A stretch of DNA of 64,000 nt from Bacillota bacterium (lineage in GTDB: Bacteria; Bacillota; Sulfobacillia; JAJZYS01; JAJZLH01). The stretch is taken from assembly GCA_021803575.1 (NCBI GenBank), contig JAJZLH010000065.1, positions 2,571-66,570 of the forward strand. The letters are read 5' to 3'. Under the pieces are notes generated by a model, which worked only from the letters and a program-made list of their open reading frames with translations, did not search any database and was not told the DNA's origin. Both the position numbers and the translations under genes were made by a program. Shown in pieces: positions 16,044-25,005 of this stretch (position 1 is its first letter; each line of letters starts with the position of its first letter).

Positions 16044-16279
16044 ATGCCGCTGGCAGGCGATTCAGGTGGCCGCCCGCATCAGGTGGAACACGGTGAGGCG
16101 CCGCTCACGCAACAGGGCTCGCAGCGTCTGCTGCGCATAGTGGGCGTCGAGCACCGGGTCCGGAAGAATCTGACCGACGAGCGCCATACTGGTGGCCTCC
16201 TTCCGCTATCCTCCGGGGCGAGTCTGGGAGCCTGGGATTTAAGGAGTGAGCCAAGACGGACGGTGCCAAGATCGCCATC

Positions 16280-16663
16280 GTGTCCATCCCCGTGTCGGAC
16301 CAGAGCAGGGCCAAGGAATTCTACTGTCACGGATTAGGTTTCGTTCCACTGCTCGACACGGCCTTCGAGCAGGACGGCCGGACACAGCGCTGGGTGATGC
16401 TGGGGCTGCCAGACGGCGGGACGGCCGTCACCCTGGTCACCTGGTTCGAGACGATGCCGGCAGGCGCCCTGCGTGGCATGGTGGTGTCGGTGTCCGACAT
16501 CGAACAGGCGGCCAGAGAGCTGACGGACCGCGGTGTGGCGGGAGCCAACGCACCGATCCAGGAATCGCCCTGGGGTCGCTGGCTCACGGTCGAGGACCCG
16601 GACGGAAACGCCTGGGTGATCCAGCAGGACCGCCGGCCGGCCGCCCACACTGCCTCGCTTTGA
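16280..16663 (+). CDS. glyoxalase/bleomycin-resistance (VOC) family protein
   Basis: IPVSDQSRAKEFYCHGLGF...WVMLGLPDGGTAVTLV...WLTVEDPDGNAWVIQQ is a typical VOC beta-alpha-beta-beta-beta pair. Start may be a few codons upstream (GTG). Confidence 0.7.
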   Translation: MSIPVSDQSRAKEFYCHGLGFVPLLDTAFEQDGRTQRWVMLGLPDGGTAVTLVTWFETMPAGALRGMVVSVSDIEQAARELTDRGVAGANAPIQESPWGRWLTVEDPDGNAWVIQQDRRPAAHTASL

Positions 16664-16688
16664 CACTCGGACCGCCGCTCCCTATACT
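16660..16688 (+). promoter_or_regulatory. sigma-A-type promoter for the metG leader
   Basis: TTGACA (16660-16665), 17-nt spacer, TATACT (16683-16688). The -35 overlaps the glyoxalase stop codon. Confidence 0.55.
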
Positions 16689-16694
16689 TACCGC

Positions 16695-16940
16695 TACAAT
16701 CCGAATAGTGGCGATGACTGGGGAAGAGTATCGGCTGCGCAGGGTGCAGAGAGCCAGGTGGTGGTGAGAACCTGGTCCCGGCTGGCGAGAAGATGACCCT
16801 AGGAGCTGCCGTGAGGCCGGCTTGCCACCGATAGAGGGAGACGGGCCCGATGGCCCGCATAAGCCCGTCCCGGAGGGATGGGGGAAAGGGTGGTACCGCG
16901 ACTCACGTCGCCCCTGGCAGGGGCGGCGTTTTTGTTTCCT
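16695..16940 (+). promoter_or_regulatory. T-box riboswitch leader (Met specifier) with intrinsic terminator
   Basis: Stem-I AGAGAG motif (gcagagagcc); candidate specifier gagaagATGAcc; conserved T-box AAAGGGTGGTACCGCG at 16885-16900; terminator cgcccct-ggc-aggggcg followed by TTTTTGTTT at 16909-16937. Confidence 0.7.
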
Positions 16941-16970
16941 GGAGCGTCCGTAAAGCCGGGGGAGGAAGAC

Positions 16971-18872
16971 ATGATGAGCAAGTTTTACATCACGACCCCG
17001 ATCTACTACCCGAACGATCGGCTGCATATCGGCCACGCCTATACCACCGTCGCCGCCGACGCCCTGGCGCGCTACCACCGCCTGCTGGGGGATGAGGTCT
17101 TCTTCCTGACCGGCACCGACGAGCACGGCCAGAAGATCGCCCGCACGGCGGCGGAGGTCGGCCTCAGCCCCCAGGCCTACGTAGACCAGATCGTGGCCAC
17201 GATTCGCGAGCTGTGGCAGACCCTCGCCATCTCCTACGACGACTTCATCCGCACCAGCGAGGGACGGCACCGGACCGTGGTGCAGGAGGTGTTTCGCCGG
17301 CTGGAGGCCCACGGCGATGTGTACAAGGGCACCTATGAAGGCTGGTACTGCACGCCCGACGAGTCGTTCTGGCCAGAGGGCCGCCTGGTGGACGGCAAGT
17401 GCCCGGTCTGTGGCCGGGCGGTGGAGCGGGTGCAGGAGGAGAGCTACTTCCTGAGGCTGGCGCCGTACGCCGACACTCTCCGCCAGCACATCGTGGACCA
17501 TCCGGAGTTCATACAGCCGGACAGCCGCCGGAACGAGATGCTGGCCTTCATCGACCAGGGGCTGGACGACCTGTCCATCTCCCGCACCAGCTTCGACTGG
17601 GGCGTGCCGCTGCCCGGCGACCCTGGCCACGTGGCGTACGTCTGGATCGATGCTCTCACCAACTACATCACGGCAGCTGGCTTCGGCTCCGACCCCGCGC
17701 GCTTCCAGCGGCTGTGGCCGGCCGACGTCCACCTGGTCGGCAAGGAGATCGTCCGCTTTCACGCCATTATCTGGCCGATCATTCTGCTCGCCCTGGGGCT
17801 GCCTTTGCCGAAGACCATCTTCGGTCACGGCTGGCTGCTTCTGGACGACGCCAAGATCGGCAAGTCGACCGGCAATGTGATCGACCCCACCACGCTGGTC
17901 ACGCGCTACGGGGTGGACGCGGTGCGCTACTATCTCCTGCGCGAGGTGGCCTTTGGTGCCGACGGCTCCTACAGCGAGCCAGCGCTGGTGCTGCGCACCA
18001 ACGTCGATCTCGCCAACGACCTCGGAAACCTGCTCTCCCGCACCACGGCGATGCTGGAGCGCTTCGCCGGCGGTGTGATCCCCGAACCTGGCCCAGACAG
18101 CCTGCTCCGGCCGGTGGCCGAGGCCGCCGTCCTGGAGTGTGAGGCGGCCCTGGCCCGGCTGTCCCTGCCCGATGCCCTGGTGGCGGTGTTCCGCTTGGTC
18201 AAGGCGGCGAACAAGGCGATCGAGGACGAGGCGCCGTGGGTGCTCCACCGCCAGGGGGACCCGCGCCTGGCCACGGTCCTCTACGACCTGGCCGAAAGCC
18301 TCCGAGTGACGGCGGTGGCGCTCAGGCCGTTCCTGATCGATGCACCCGGAAAGATCTACACCCAGCTCGGCGCCGGCGACATCACGGCCACCAGCTGGCG
18401 GGACGTGGCCTGGGGCGGCCTGAGGCCAGGCACCGCCATCCGGCGCGGCCAGCCAATCTTTCCCCGCATCGAGGTGACCACCGCCAGCGAGGCGGTCGGG
18501 GGAGCGGCGAAGGAAGAGGCACCTGCCGAGGCAGCAGCCCCCGGCCGGCCGAAGCTGTCCCTGGATGCCTTCAAGCAGCTGGATCTGCGGGTGGCAAGGG
18601 TCGTAGCGGCGGAAGCGGTGGCGGGCAGCCGCAAACTGCTGAAGCTGGAACTGGACCTGGGCGGAGAGCGGCGCACGGTGGTGTCCGGCATCTCAGCGCA
18701 CTATCAGGCGGCGGAGCTCGTGGGCAAGGATGTGGTGGTAGTGGCCAACCTGGAGCCAGCGACCATTTTCGGCATCGCCTCCAGCGGCATGATCCTGGCC
18801 GCCCGTGACCAGGACCAGCTTCGGCTGCTGACCGTGGACGGGCCCCTCGCTCCGGGTGCGCCGGTGTCGTGA
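16971..18872 (+). CDS. metG: methionyl-tRNA synthetase with C-terminal EMAP/Trbp111-like tRNA-binding domain
   Basis: TTPIYYPNDRLHIGHAYT (HIGH); CPVCG zinc knuckle; KIGKSTGN (KMSKS); C-terminal KLSLDAFKQLDLRVARVV tRNA-binding domain. ATG 16971 follows GGGGGAGGAAG; the track ORF begins upstream inside the leader. Confidence 0.95.
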   Translation: MMSKFYITTPIYYPNDRLHIGHAYTTVAADALARYHRLLGDEVFFLTGTDEHGQKIARTAAEVGLSPQAYVDQIVATIRELWQTLAISYDDFIRTSEGRHRTVVQEVFRRLEAHGDVYKGTYEGWYCTPDESFWPEGRLVDGKCPVCGRAVERVQEESYFLRLAPYADTLRQHIVDHPEFIQPDSRRNEMLAFIDQGLDDLSISRTSFDWGVPLPGDPGHVAYVWIDALTNYITAAGFGSDPARFQRLWPADVHLVGKEIVRFHAIIWPIILLALGLPLPKTIFGHGWLLLDDAKIGKSTGNVIDPTTLVTRYGVDAVRYYLLREVAFGADGSYSEPALVLRTNVDLANDLGNLLSRTTAMLERFAGGVIPEPGPDSLLRPVAEAAVLECEAALARLSLPDALVAVFRLVKAANKAIEDEAPWVLHRQGDPRLATVLYDLAESLRVTAVALRPFLIDAPGKIYTQLGAGDITATSWRDVAWGGLRPGTAIRRGQPIFPRIEVTTASEAVGGAAKEEAPAEAAAPGRPKLSLDAFKQLDLRVARVVAAEAVAGSRKLLKLELDLGGERRTVVSGISAHYQAAELVGKDVVVVANLEPATIFGIASSGMILAARDQDQLRLLTVDGPLAPGAPVS

Positions 18873-19660
18873 GCTGGACGGATTCCCACGCCCACCTCTT
18901 CGACCCGGCCTTCGACGCCGACCGCGCCGCCGTCCTGAGGCGGGCCCGAGACGCTCAGGTAGGACGGCTGGTGGTGGTGGGATGTGAGCCGTCATCGTGG
19001 CAAGAGGTTGTGCACTGGTCGAGCCTGGGCGGGGGTCGGGTCGGGATTCTCGGCCTCCACCCCTCTCTGGCCGAGGAGGTGTCTGATCAGTCCTTGGAGG
19101 AGCTGGGGCACCTATTGCCGTCACCAGGGATCCGGGCCCTCGGTGAGGTGGGACTCGACTACCACTGGACTCCCTTCTCGCCAGCCCGACAGAGGCAGCT
19201 ATTGGACGCTCAGCTGGCCATGGCCGAGGCGGTGGGCCTGCCAGTCGTGATCCACGAGCGGGACGCCTTTCCCGACCTTCTGGCGGCACTGTCAGGTGTC
19301 AGGGTCCCGGTGCTGCTGCACTGCTTCTCGCACGGACCAACGGAGGCAGAGGCTGCCCTGGCCAGAGGCTACTTTCTCTCCTTCGCTGGTCCGATCACCT
19401 TTCCCAAGGCCGAGACACTGCGCCAGGCGCTGGTCGCATGCCCAGCGGAGCGTCTATTGCTGGAAACCGACGCGCCCTACCTCTCCCCGCACCCGGGGCG
19501 CGGCAACCGCAACGAGCCAGCCCGGGTGGCCGTGACTGGAGCTATGGCCGCCCGGGTGCGCCAGGTCAGTCCCGACGAACTGATGGCGTCGGTCAGCGCT
19601 GCCAGCCAGGCCTTCTTCGGAGACTTTGAGGAGATGGACGCCAGCTGGCCGGAGGAATAG
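18869..19660 (+). CDS. tatD: TatD-family metal-dependent DNase (YabD)
   Basis: DSHAHL...GEVGLDYHW...VVIHERDA...ETDAPYL are TatD motifs; overlaps the metG stop (GTGA). Confidence 0.9.
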   Translation: MSWTDSHAHLFDPAFDADRAAVLRRARDAQVGRLVVVGCEPSSWQEVVHWSSLGGGRVGILGLHPSLAEEVSDQSLEELGHLLPSPGIRALGEVGLDYHWTPFSPARQRQLLDAQLAMAEAVGLPVVIHERDAFPDLLAALSGVRVPVLLHCFSHGPTEAEAALARGYFLSFAGPITFPKAETLRQALVACPAERLLLETDAPYLSPHPGRGNRNEPARVAVTGAMAARVRQVSPDELMASVSAASQAFFGDFEEMDASWPEE

Positions 19661-19721
19661 CCTGGGTCGGCCAGACGAAGATTGTGAAGGAAGGGTATAA
19701 TCGGCTGGCAGTTGCATCCAT

Positions 19722-20663
19722 ATGGCCGAGAGAGACCTGTCGACGACTGGGAGGGAAAGAATGATTTTTACGCGCATAGGCCAGGCCGCCGAAGCGCTCG
19801 GGCACGAGTGGCGAGCCGGACTGGGAGCGACGCTGCAGGTCTGGGTGTTTGTGCTCTTGCTGATGGGTGCCGGCGCCGTCCTTTTCTCCGGTGGGCCGAT
19901 CGGCTCCAAAGAGGCTGCGGCCCAGGTGCATCAGGCCAAGCCTCTGGCCATCACCGTCCTGTTCAACCGTGGCCCATCGCTGCACGTCAGCACCGAGGCC
20001 CGCACCGTGGGTGGGGCCCTCAGTCAGATCGGGATCCCGCTTGGCGCCAACGTGGTGGTCAGTCCTGGCCTCGGCCAGACTCTGACCGCCGGCGAGACGA
20101 TCCATGTCACCGCCGCCTCGGCACAGCCGATCTCCCTGACCACCGCCTTGTCCTACCCGGTGATTCAGGTGGCTGACAAGACGCTGGCCAGAGGGTTGAG
20201 CGTCCTCGTGCAGGGCGGGCAGAGCGGGCTTGACACCAGCCTGAGCCAGCCGAGCCTGGCCTTCGGTGCTCCGGGCCCCAGTCAGGTGCTCCGCCCCGGC
20301 ACCATCCGGCGGGCAGTGCCGGAACTGGTGCTGGTGGGGACGACGCCCCTTGCCGCCGATACCTATCACGGGGCCTACCTGAGTGCATTCACGGTCAAGG
20401 CCACCGCCTACTGGCGGAATCCGGAATACTCCAACGGGCGGACTGCCACCGGGGCCAAGGTGGCCTTTGGCTCCATCGCCGTTGACCCCGCCGTGATCCC
20501 GCTCGGCAGCCGGCTCTTCGTCCAGGGCTATGGCCTGGGTGTGGCCGATGACACCGGATCCGATGTGATCGGGCTGCACGTCGACCTCTACTTTCCAACC
20601 CTGGCCGAGGCCAGGGCCTGGGGTCTGCGCTATGTGACCGTATACGTCATCTCGCGCGGATGA
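19722..20663 (+). CDS. YabE-like cell-wall-binding protein (DUF348/G5 plus 3D domain)
   Basis: N-terminal TM, then G5-like repeats, then a C-terminal 3D domain (GSRLFVQGYGLGVADDTGSDVIGLHVDLYFP); same position as yabE in Bacillus. Confidence 0.7.
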   Translation: MAERDLSTTGRERMIFTRIGQAAEALGHEWRAGLGATLQVWVFVLLLMGAGAVLFSGGPIGSKEAAAQVHQAKPLAITVLFNRGPSLHVSTEARTVGGALSQIGIPLGANVVVSPGLGQTLTAGETIHVTAASAQPISLTTALSYPVIQVADKTLARGLSVLVQGGQSGLDTSLSQPSLAFGAPGPSQVLRPGTIRRAVPELVLVGTTPLAADTYHGAYLSAFTVKATAYWRNPEYSNGRTATGAKVAFGSIAVDPAVIPLGSRLFVQGYGLGVADDTGSDVIGLHVDLYFPTLAEARAWGLRYVTVYVISRG

Positions 20664-21496
20664 CCGGACGGCCCGCGCCGATACCGGCCAGCCTCCGCCA
20701 GCTGCTGCCAGACCCATCGTTCCGGCCCCAGCCCGGCTGGGGCCAGAACTTCCTGCTCGATCAGCGCATCGCCCAGCGCATGGTGGACGCGTTGGAACCG
20801 GCACCCGGTCAGAGGGTGCTTGAAATCGGACCTGGCACCGGCAGCCTGACCAGGCTCCTGCTGGCAACTCAGGCGGCGGTGGCCGCCATCGAAATCGACC
20901 GGCGGCTCGAGACGGCGCTGGGACCGCTGACCCAGCAGGGACTGCGGCTGACCTGGGGCGACGCCCTGGCCCTGGACTGGCAGGAGGTGCTGGGCGGGGC
21001 GGTCGAGGAGGCCCTGATCGTCTCCAACATCCCCTATGCCATCTCCGGTCCGCTGCTGGTGCGCATCGTGAAGAGCCGCCCCAGGTGCGCCCTGGTGATG
21101 GTGCAGGCGGAGGTGGCAGATCGGTTGCTGGCTCCAGTCGGCGACAGCCGGCGGGGCTCGTTGACCCTGGTCCGCGAAGCCCATGCCCACGCCGAGCTCC
21201 TGTTCCGGGTGAAGGGGGCGGCCTTCTGGCCGGCCCCAGAGGTGACCTCGGCGGTGCTCAGGCTCTGGCCGAGAGCGGCCGCGGTCGAGCAGGGAGCGGA
21301 GTGGATCTGGACGAATCTCTTTCACTACCGGCGCAAGACCGTCCGGCGGAGCCTCCAGGAGGCGTTTTCGCTCAGCCCCAAGGAGGCCCTCGCCATCTTG
21401 GCGGAGGCAGGGCTGGACTCCCGGCTGAGACCGCAAGAGCTGCCCCTCGGTGCGTTTGAGTCTCTGGCCCGATTGCTGCCCCGACGAGAGGACTGA
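20660..21496 (+). CDS. rsmA: 16S rRNA (adenine1518/1519-N6)-dimethyltransferase RsmA/KsgA
   Basis: GQNFLLDQRIAQRMV...VLEIGPGTGSLT...VSNIPYAISGPLL are KsgA motifs. Confidence 0.9.
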   Translation: MTGRPAPIPASLRQLLPDPSFRPQPGWGQNFLLDQRIAQRMVDALEPAPGQRVLEIGPGTGSLTRLLLATQAAVAAIEIDRRLETALGPLTQQGLRLTWGDALALDWQEVLGGAVEEALIVSNIPYAISGPLLVRIVKSRPRCALVMVQAEVADRLLAPVGDSRRGSLTLVREAHAHAELLFRVKGAAFWPAPEVTSAVLRLWPRAAAVEQGAEWIWTNLFHYRRKTVRRSLQEAFSLSPKEALAILAEAGLDSRLRPQELPLGAFESLARLLPRRED

Positions 21497-21501
21497 TCTG
21501 G

Positions 21502-21984
21502 GTGCCCGAGCTGTTCTTCATCAGCCCGACCAAGGGCCGGATCGACTACGGCGCCATGATCGCCGACATCCTCAGCTACATCGCCTCTGACCCGGACTCG
21601 CCGCACAAACTGATCGTCGGCACCGACTCCCAGGTGACGCGCGAGGAGGTCGTGTTCGTCACCGCCGTGGTCTGCCACCGCGTCGGCAAGGGCGCCCGCT
21701 TCTACTACCAGAAGGAGCACCGTCGGCCGATCCGTTCCCTCCGGCAGAGGATCTTCTACGAGGTCTCGCTGTCTCTGCAGCTGGCCGGGCGGGTGGCGGG
21801 AGACATGGCCAAGGCCGGCAGCACGGTCAACAACCTGGAGATCCACCTGGACATTGGGCAGCAGGGAGCTAGCTCCGAGCTGATTCGGGAGATCGTGGGC
21901 ATGGTCAGCGGCAGCGGCTTCGACGCCAAGATCAAGCCGGATTCCTTCGGCGCCTCCAAGGTGGCCGACAAGTTCACCAAGTAG
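21502..21984 (+). CDS. YkuK/DUF458 family (RNase-H-like fold) protein
   Basis: KLIVGTDSQV...HRVGKGARFYY...EIHLDIG...ADKFTK aligns with B. subtilis YkuK (LMIGTDSQV, HRKGKGA, AHIDIG, ANRYTK). Confidence 0.65.
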   Translation: MPELFFISPTKGRIDYGAMIADILSYIASDPDSPHKLIVGTDSQVTREEVVFVTAVVCHRVGKGARFYYQKEHRRPIRSLRQRIFYEVSLSLQLAGRVAGDMAKAGSTVNNLEIHLDIGQQGASSELIREIVGMVSGSGFDAKIKPDSFGASKVADKFTK

Positions 21985-22036
21985 CGACGAGGCAGGCCGG
22001 CGCGGTGCCTTTTCTCCGTCAGGTGCGCCTCCTGCC

Positions 22037-22065
22037 TTGACACCGGGGAAGTGAGTCGCTACAAT
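22037..22065 (+). promoter_or_regulatory. consensus sigma-A promoter upstream of veg
   Basis: TTGACA (22037-42), 17 nt, TACAAT (22060-65). A second TTGACA lies at 22076-81 with a weak -10. Confidence 0.7.
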
Positions 22066-22162
22066 GCTTCGCCCTTGACAGATTAGCCCCGGCACGTTAG
22101 TCTATTCACAAGTTCGGCGCGCCATATGGAAAGGGTGCAGTTCTACGGCAGCTAGGCGCATC

Positions 22163-22423
22163 TTGGCTGACATCAAGCGGGATCTGGACGGATTGATCGG
22201 CGAGCGCATCCGGTTGCGTGCCAATCGGGGGCGGCGGCGGATCGACGAGAAGGAGGGCGTTCTGGAGAAGACCTACCAAAGCATTTTCGTGATTCGGCTG
22301 GACGAGGCCGGTTCGGTGTCGCGGCGTGTCTCCTTCAGCTACGCCGATGTGCTGACCGAGACGGTGGCGCTGGAAGTCGCCTCCGGCGAGGGTGAGTACC
22401 ATCCGGTCGTGGTCGCCGAGTAG
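22163..22423 (+). CDS. veg: Veg (biofilm/sporulation-associated small protein)
   Basis: IKRDLDGLIGERIRLRANRGRRRIDEKEGVLEKTYQSIFVIRLDE...SFSYADVLTE is near-collinear with B. subtilis Veg; 86 aa. Confidence 0.85.
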   Translation: MADIKRDLDGLIGERIRLRANRGRRRIDEKEGVLEKTYQSIFVIRLDEAGSVSRRVSFSYADVLTETVALEVASGEGEYHPVVVAE

Positions 22424-22507
22424 TCTATTTCCCAACGCCACAGGCGGCCGTATGGCCGCCTGCTTCGCGCCTGCCCCGGCTCATCCCGCAGAGGGCCGGC
22501 TTAGCCG

Positions 22508-23380
22508 GTGCTGACGGTTGCGGCTCCGGCCAAGCTGAATCTGTCCCTGGACGTGCTGGGGACGCGCCAGGACGGTTACCACGAGATCCGATCGGTGGTC
22601 CAGACCGTGTCCCTGTGCGACCAGGTGCGGCTCAGGGCGGCGCCAGGACTGGTGGTGGACTCGCCGATCGCGCCGCCGACAGCCGACCTGGCGTGGCGGG
22701 CGGCCACCCTTTTGCAGCAGCGATACCAGGTGCGCTCCGGCGCACACATCGCCCTCGACAAGGCGATCCCCATCGGCGCCGGCCTGGGCGGCGGCAGCGC
22801 TGACGCGGCGGCGGTGCTGGTCGGTCTCAACCAGCTGTGGGAGCTTGGTCTCAGCGCCAGCGAACTGACCCTGGTGGCTGCCGAACTGGGCTCGGACGTG
22901 CCGTTCATGATCCAGGGCGGCACGGCGCTGATCGAGGGCCGCGGCGAGAGGGTCACCCAGCTCAGGGCGCCGGGCCACCCCTGGTTCGTCGTCGCCATGC
23001 CAAAGATGGAGCTGTCCACCGCTGAGGTGTACGCCCGGGCCCGGCCAGGCGATGGCCGGCGCAGCGAGCGCCTGCTGGCCGAGATGGCAAGCGGGACCTG
23101 GCAGCCGGCTGGCAACGATCTGACCGAAGCAGCATGGGAGGTTCTGCCCATGCTCGGCGCCCTGACCGATGGTCTCGCTGCCCGCGCCGGCGTGCGGCCG
23201 GAGCTGACCGGCAGCGGCAGCGCCCTGTTCTGGCTGGTGCCGTCGCGGAAGGCGGGTCAGGAACTGGCGGCCAGGCTGCCCCCGGGCCTGGTCGTGCGGG
23301 TGGTGGAGGCTGTGGAGGAGAAGTCTGTGGAGCGGGCGAAAGCCACGGCGGACCGAGGGAGGGACCGGGGTGCTGACTGA
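22508..23380 (+). CDS. ispE: 4-diphosphocytidyl-2-C-methyl-D-erythritol kinase
   Basis: AKLNLSLDVLG.R.DGYH...PIGAGLGGGSADAAAVL are GHMP-kinase/IspE motifs. Confidence 0.9.
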   Translation: MLTVAAPAKLNLSLDVLGTRQDGYHEIRSVVQTVSLCDQVRLRAAPGLVVDSPIAPPTADLAWRAATLLQQRYQVRSGAHIALDKAIPIGAGLGGGSADAAAVLVGLNQLWELGLSASELTLVAAELGSDVPFMIQGGTALIEGRGERVTQLRAPGHPWFVVAMPKMELSTAEVYARARPGDGRRSERLLAEMASGTWQPAGNDLTEAAWEVLPMLGALTDGLAARAGVRPELTGSGSALFWLVPSRKAGQELAARLPPGLVVRVVEAVEEKSVERAKATADRGRDRGAD

Positions 23381-24143
23381 CGCCGTTCTGCTCGCCGGCC
23401 GCCACAACCGGGGTCCCCTGCTGGGTGTGTCAAACGCTCCCTGGGAGGCACTGGTGCCGATCGGGGGGCGGCCGATGGCCGCCTGGGTGGTGGACGCCGC
23501 CTTGGCGTGCTCCGGCATCGGCAGGCTGGCGGTGGTGGGACCGGCCGAGCTGCGGCTGGCAATTGCCGATCGGGCCTCGGAGCGGCTGGTGATGGTGGCG
23601 CCTGAGGGCTCCATGTTCGACAACCTGAGGCGGGGCGTGGCTGCCCTGGGCGATCCCGAGGAGCTGATCCTGATCCTCACCTCGGACATCCCGCTGGTGC
23701 GCCCTGGCATGCTGGAGGTATTCCTGGACCGGGCGCTGGCCAGGAAGCCGCGGGCGGACTTCTACTACCCGGTGGTGCCCAAGGAAGCGGTGGAGCTGCG
23801 CTTTGGCAAGAGTCACCGCACATACGTCCGCCTGCGCGAGGGCGTCTTCACCGGCGGCAACGTGGCGCTGGTCCGCCCCGGCGTGCTCGACCGCATGGCC
23901 CATGAGGTGGAGACGTTCATGGCGCTGCGCAAGTCGCCGCTCAAATTGGCTAGGCGCCTGGGCTGGCCGTTCCTGCTCCGCTTCCTGATTGGCCGCCCCA
24001 CCATCAGCCAGGTCGAGGCCCACTTCTCGGCCCTGTTCGGCGTCCGCGGCCAGGCCGTGATCGTGACCGACGCCGAAATCGGCGTCGACGTCGACAAGCC
24101 CGAGGATGTGGCGCTCTGTGAGGCGGTGCTGGCCCATGCCTGA
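23370..24143 (+). CDS. MobA-like NTP-transferase-domain protein (nucleotidyltransferase)
   Basis: AVLLAGRHNRGPLLGVS...WEALVPIGGRPM is an N-terminal nucleotide-binding glycine-rich loop typical of NTP_transf_3; the rest is not diagnostic. Confidence 0.45.
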   Translation: MLTDAVLLAGRHNRGPLLGVSNAPWEALVPIGGRPMAAWVVDAALACSGIGRLAVVGPAELRLAIADRASERLVMVAPEGSMFDNLRRGVAALGDPEELILILTSDIPLVRPGMLEVFLDRALARKPRADFYYPVVPKEAVELRFGKSHRTYVRLREGVFTGGNVALVRPGVLDRMAHEVETFMALRKSPLKLARRLGWPFLLRFLIGRPTISQVEAHFSALFGVRGQAVIVTDAEIGVDVDKPEDVALCEAVLAHA

Positions 24144-25005
24144 GCCAGGTGAGCTGGGTGGGGCGAAGACGAGCCGCCCCATCCGGCTGGTGCGTCTGGT
24201 CAACCGGTTGATGGCAGACCCCGGCGTCAGCATCAGGCTGCAGGAGCTGGGGGCTGCCACAGGAGCCGCCAAGTCCACCCTGTCCGAGGACGTGGCGACC
24301 ATCGACCGGGCGCTGGAGGCCGAGGGCCGCGGCTATGTGGAGCGCACCCTCGGCCCGGCCGGCGGTGTGCGCTACCTGCCTTTTCCAGCGCCAGACAAGA
24401 CCGAAGCGGCGCTCGACGAGCTGGCCACCGAGCTGTCCCGCCCGGAGCGGCGACTGCAGGGCGGCTTTTTGTACCTGACCGACATCGTCTTTTCCCCGCA
24501 GTGGGTGTCGCGGCTCGGTGAGATCTTCGCCTCCCTGTTCGCCGCCGGTCAGCCGGACATGGTGCTGACGGTGGAGACCAAGGGCATCCCGCTGGCCCTG
24601 ATGACGGCCCGGGCCCTCGGTATCCCTCTGGCCGTGGCCCGCCGCGAGGCGGGCATGACGGAGGGGCCGGCCCTGGGGCTGAACTACCTGTCCGGCACCG
24701 CCCGCCGCATGGGCACCATGACCCTGGCCCGGCGCGCCGTCCCGGAGGGGTCGCGGGTGCTGATCATCGACGATTTCCTGAAGGGCGGCGGCACCGCCCG
24801 CGGCCTGGTCGACATGATGGCCGAGTTCAACGCCGAGGTGACCGGAATTGGGGTCCTGATCGCCACAAAAGACCCCGAAGAGAAGCTGGTGGACGACTTC
24901 GTGGCACTGCTCGAACTCGCCGCCGACAATGACAGCGCCGGTGCGGCCTTCCAGTTGACCAGACAGCTCAAGCTGGCGCCCAGGCGCTCTGGCGGGAGGG
25001 CCTGA
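24106..25005 (+). CDS. purR: pur-operon repressor PurR (winged helix plus PRTase domain)
   Basis: RLVRLVNRLMADPGVSIRLQELGA...KSTLSEDVATI...GGVRYLP N-domain; PRTase fold with VLIIDDFLKGGGTARGLVDM PRPP motif. Confidence 0.85.
   Translation: MWRSVRRCWPMPEPGELGGAKTSRPIRLVRLVNRLMADPGVSIRLQELGAATGAAKSTLSEDVATIDRALEAEGRGYVERTLGPAGGVRYLPFPAPDKTEAALDELATELSRPERRLQGGFLYLTDIVFSPQWVSRLGEIFASLFAAGQPDMVLTVETKGIPLALMTARALGIPLAVARREAGMTEGPALGLNYLSGTARRMGTMTLARRAVPEGSRVLIIDDFLKGGGTARGLVDMMAEFNAEVTGIGVLIATKDPEEKLVDDFVALLELAADNDSAGAAFQLTRQLKLAPRRSGGRA

Noticed and set aside
16584-18248. 554-aa antisense ORF opposite metG
   Set aside because: Same reasoning; metG is strongly supported on the plus strand.
22424-22507. 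hairpin caggcggccgtatggccgcctg after veg considered as a terminator
   Set aside because: Good stem but no following U-tract (followed by cttcgcgcc); could be a weak or factor-dependent terminator, not called.
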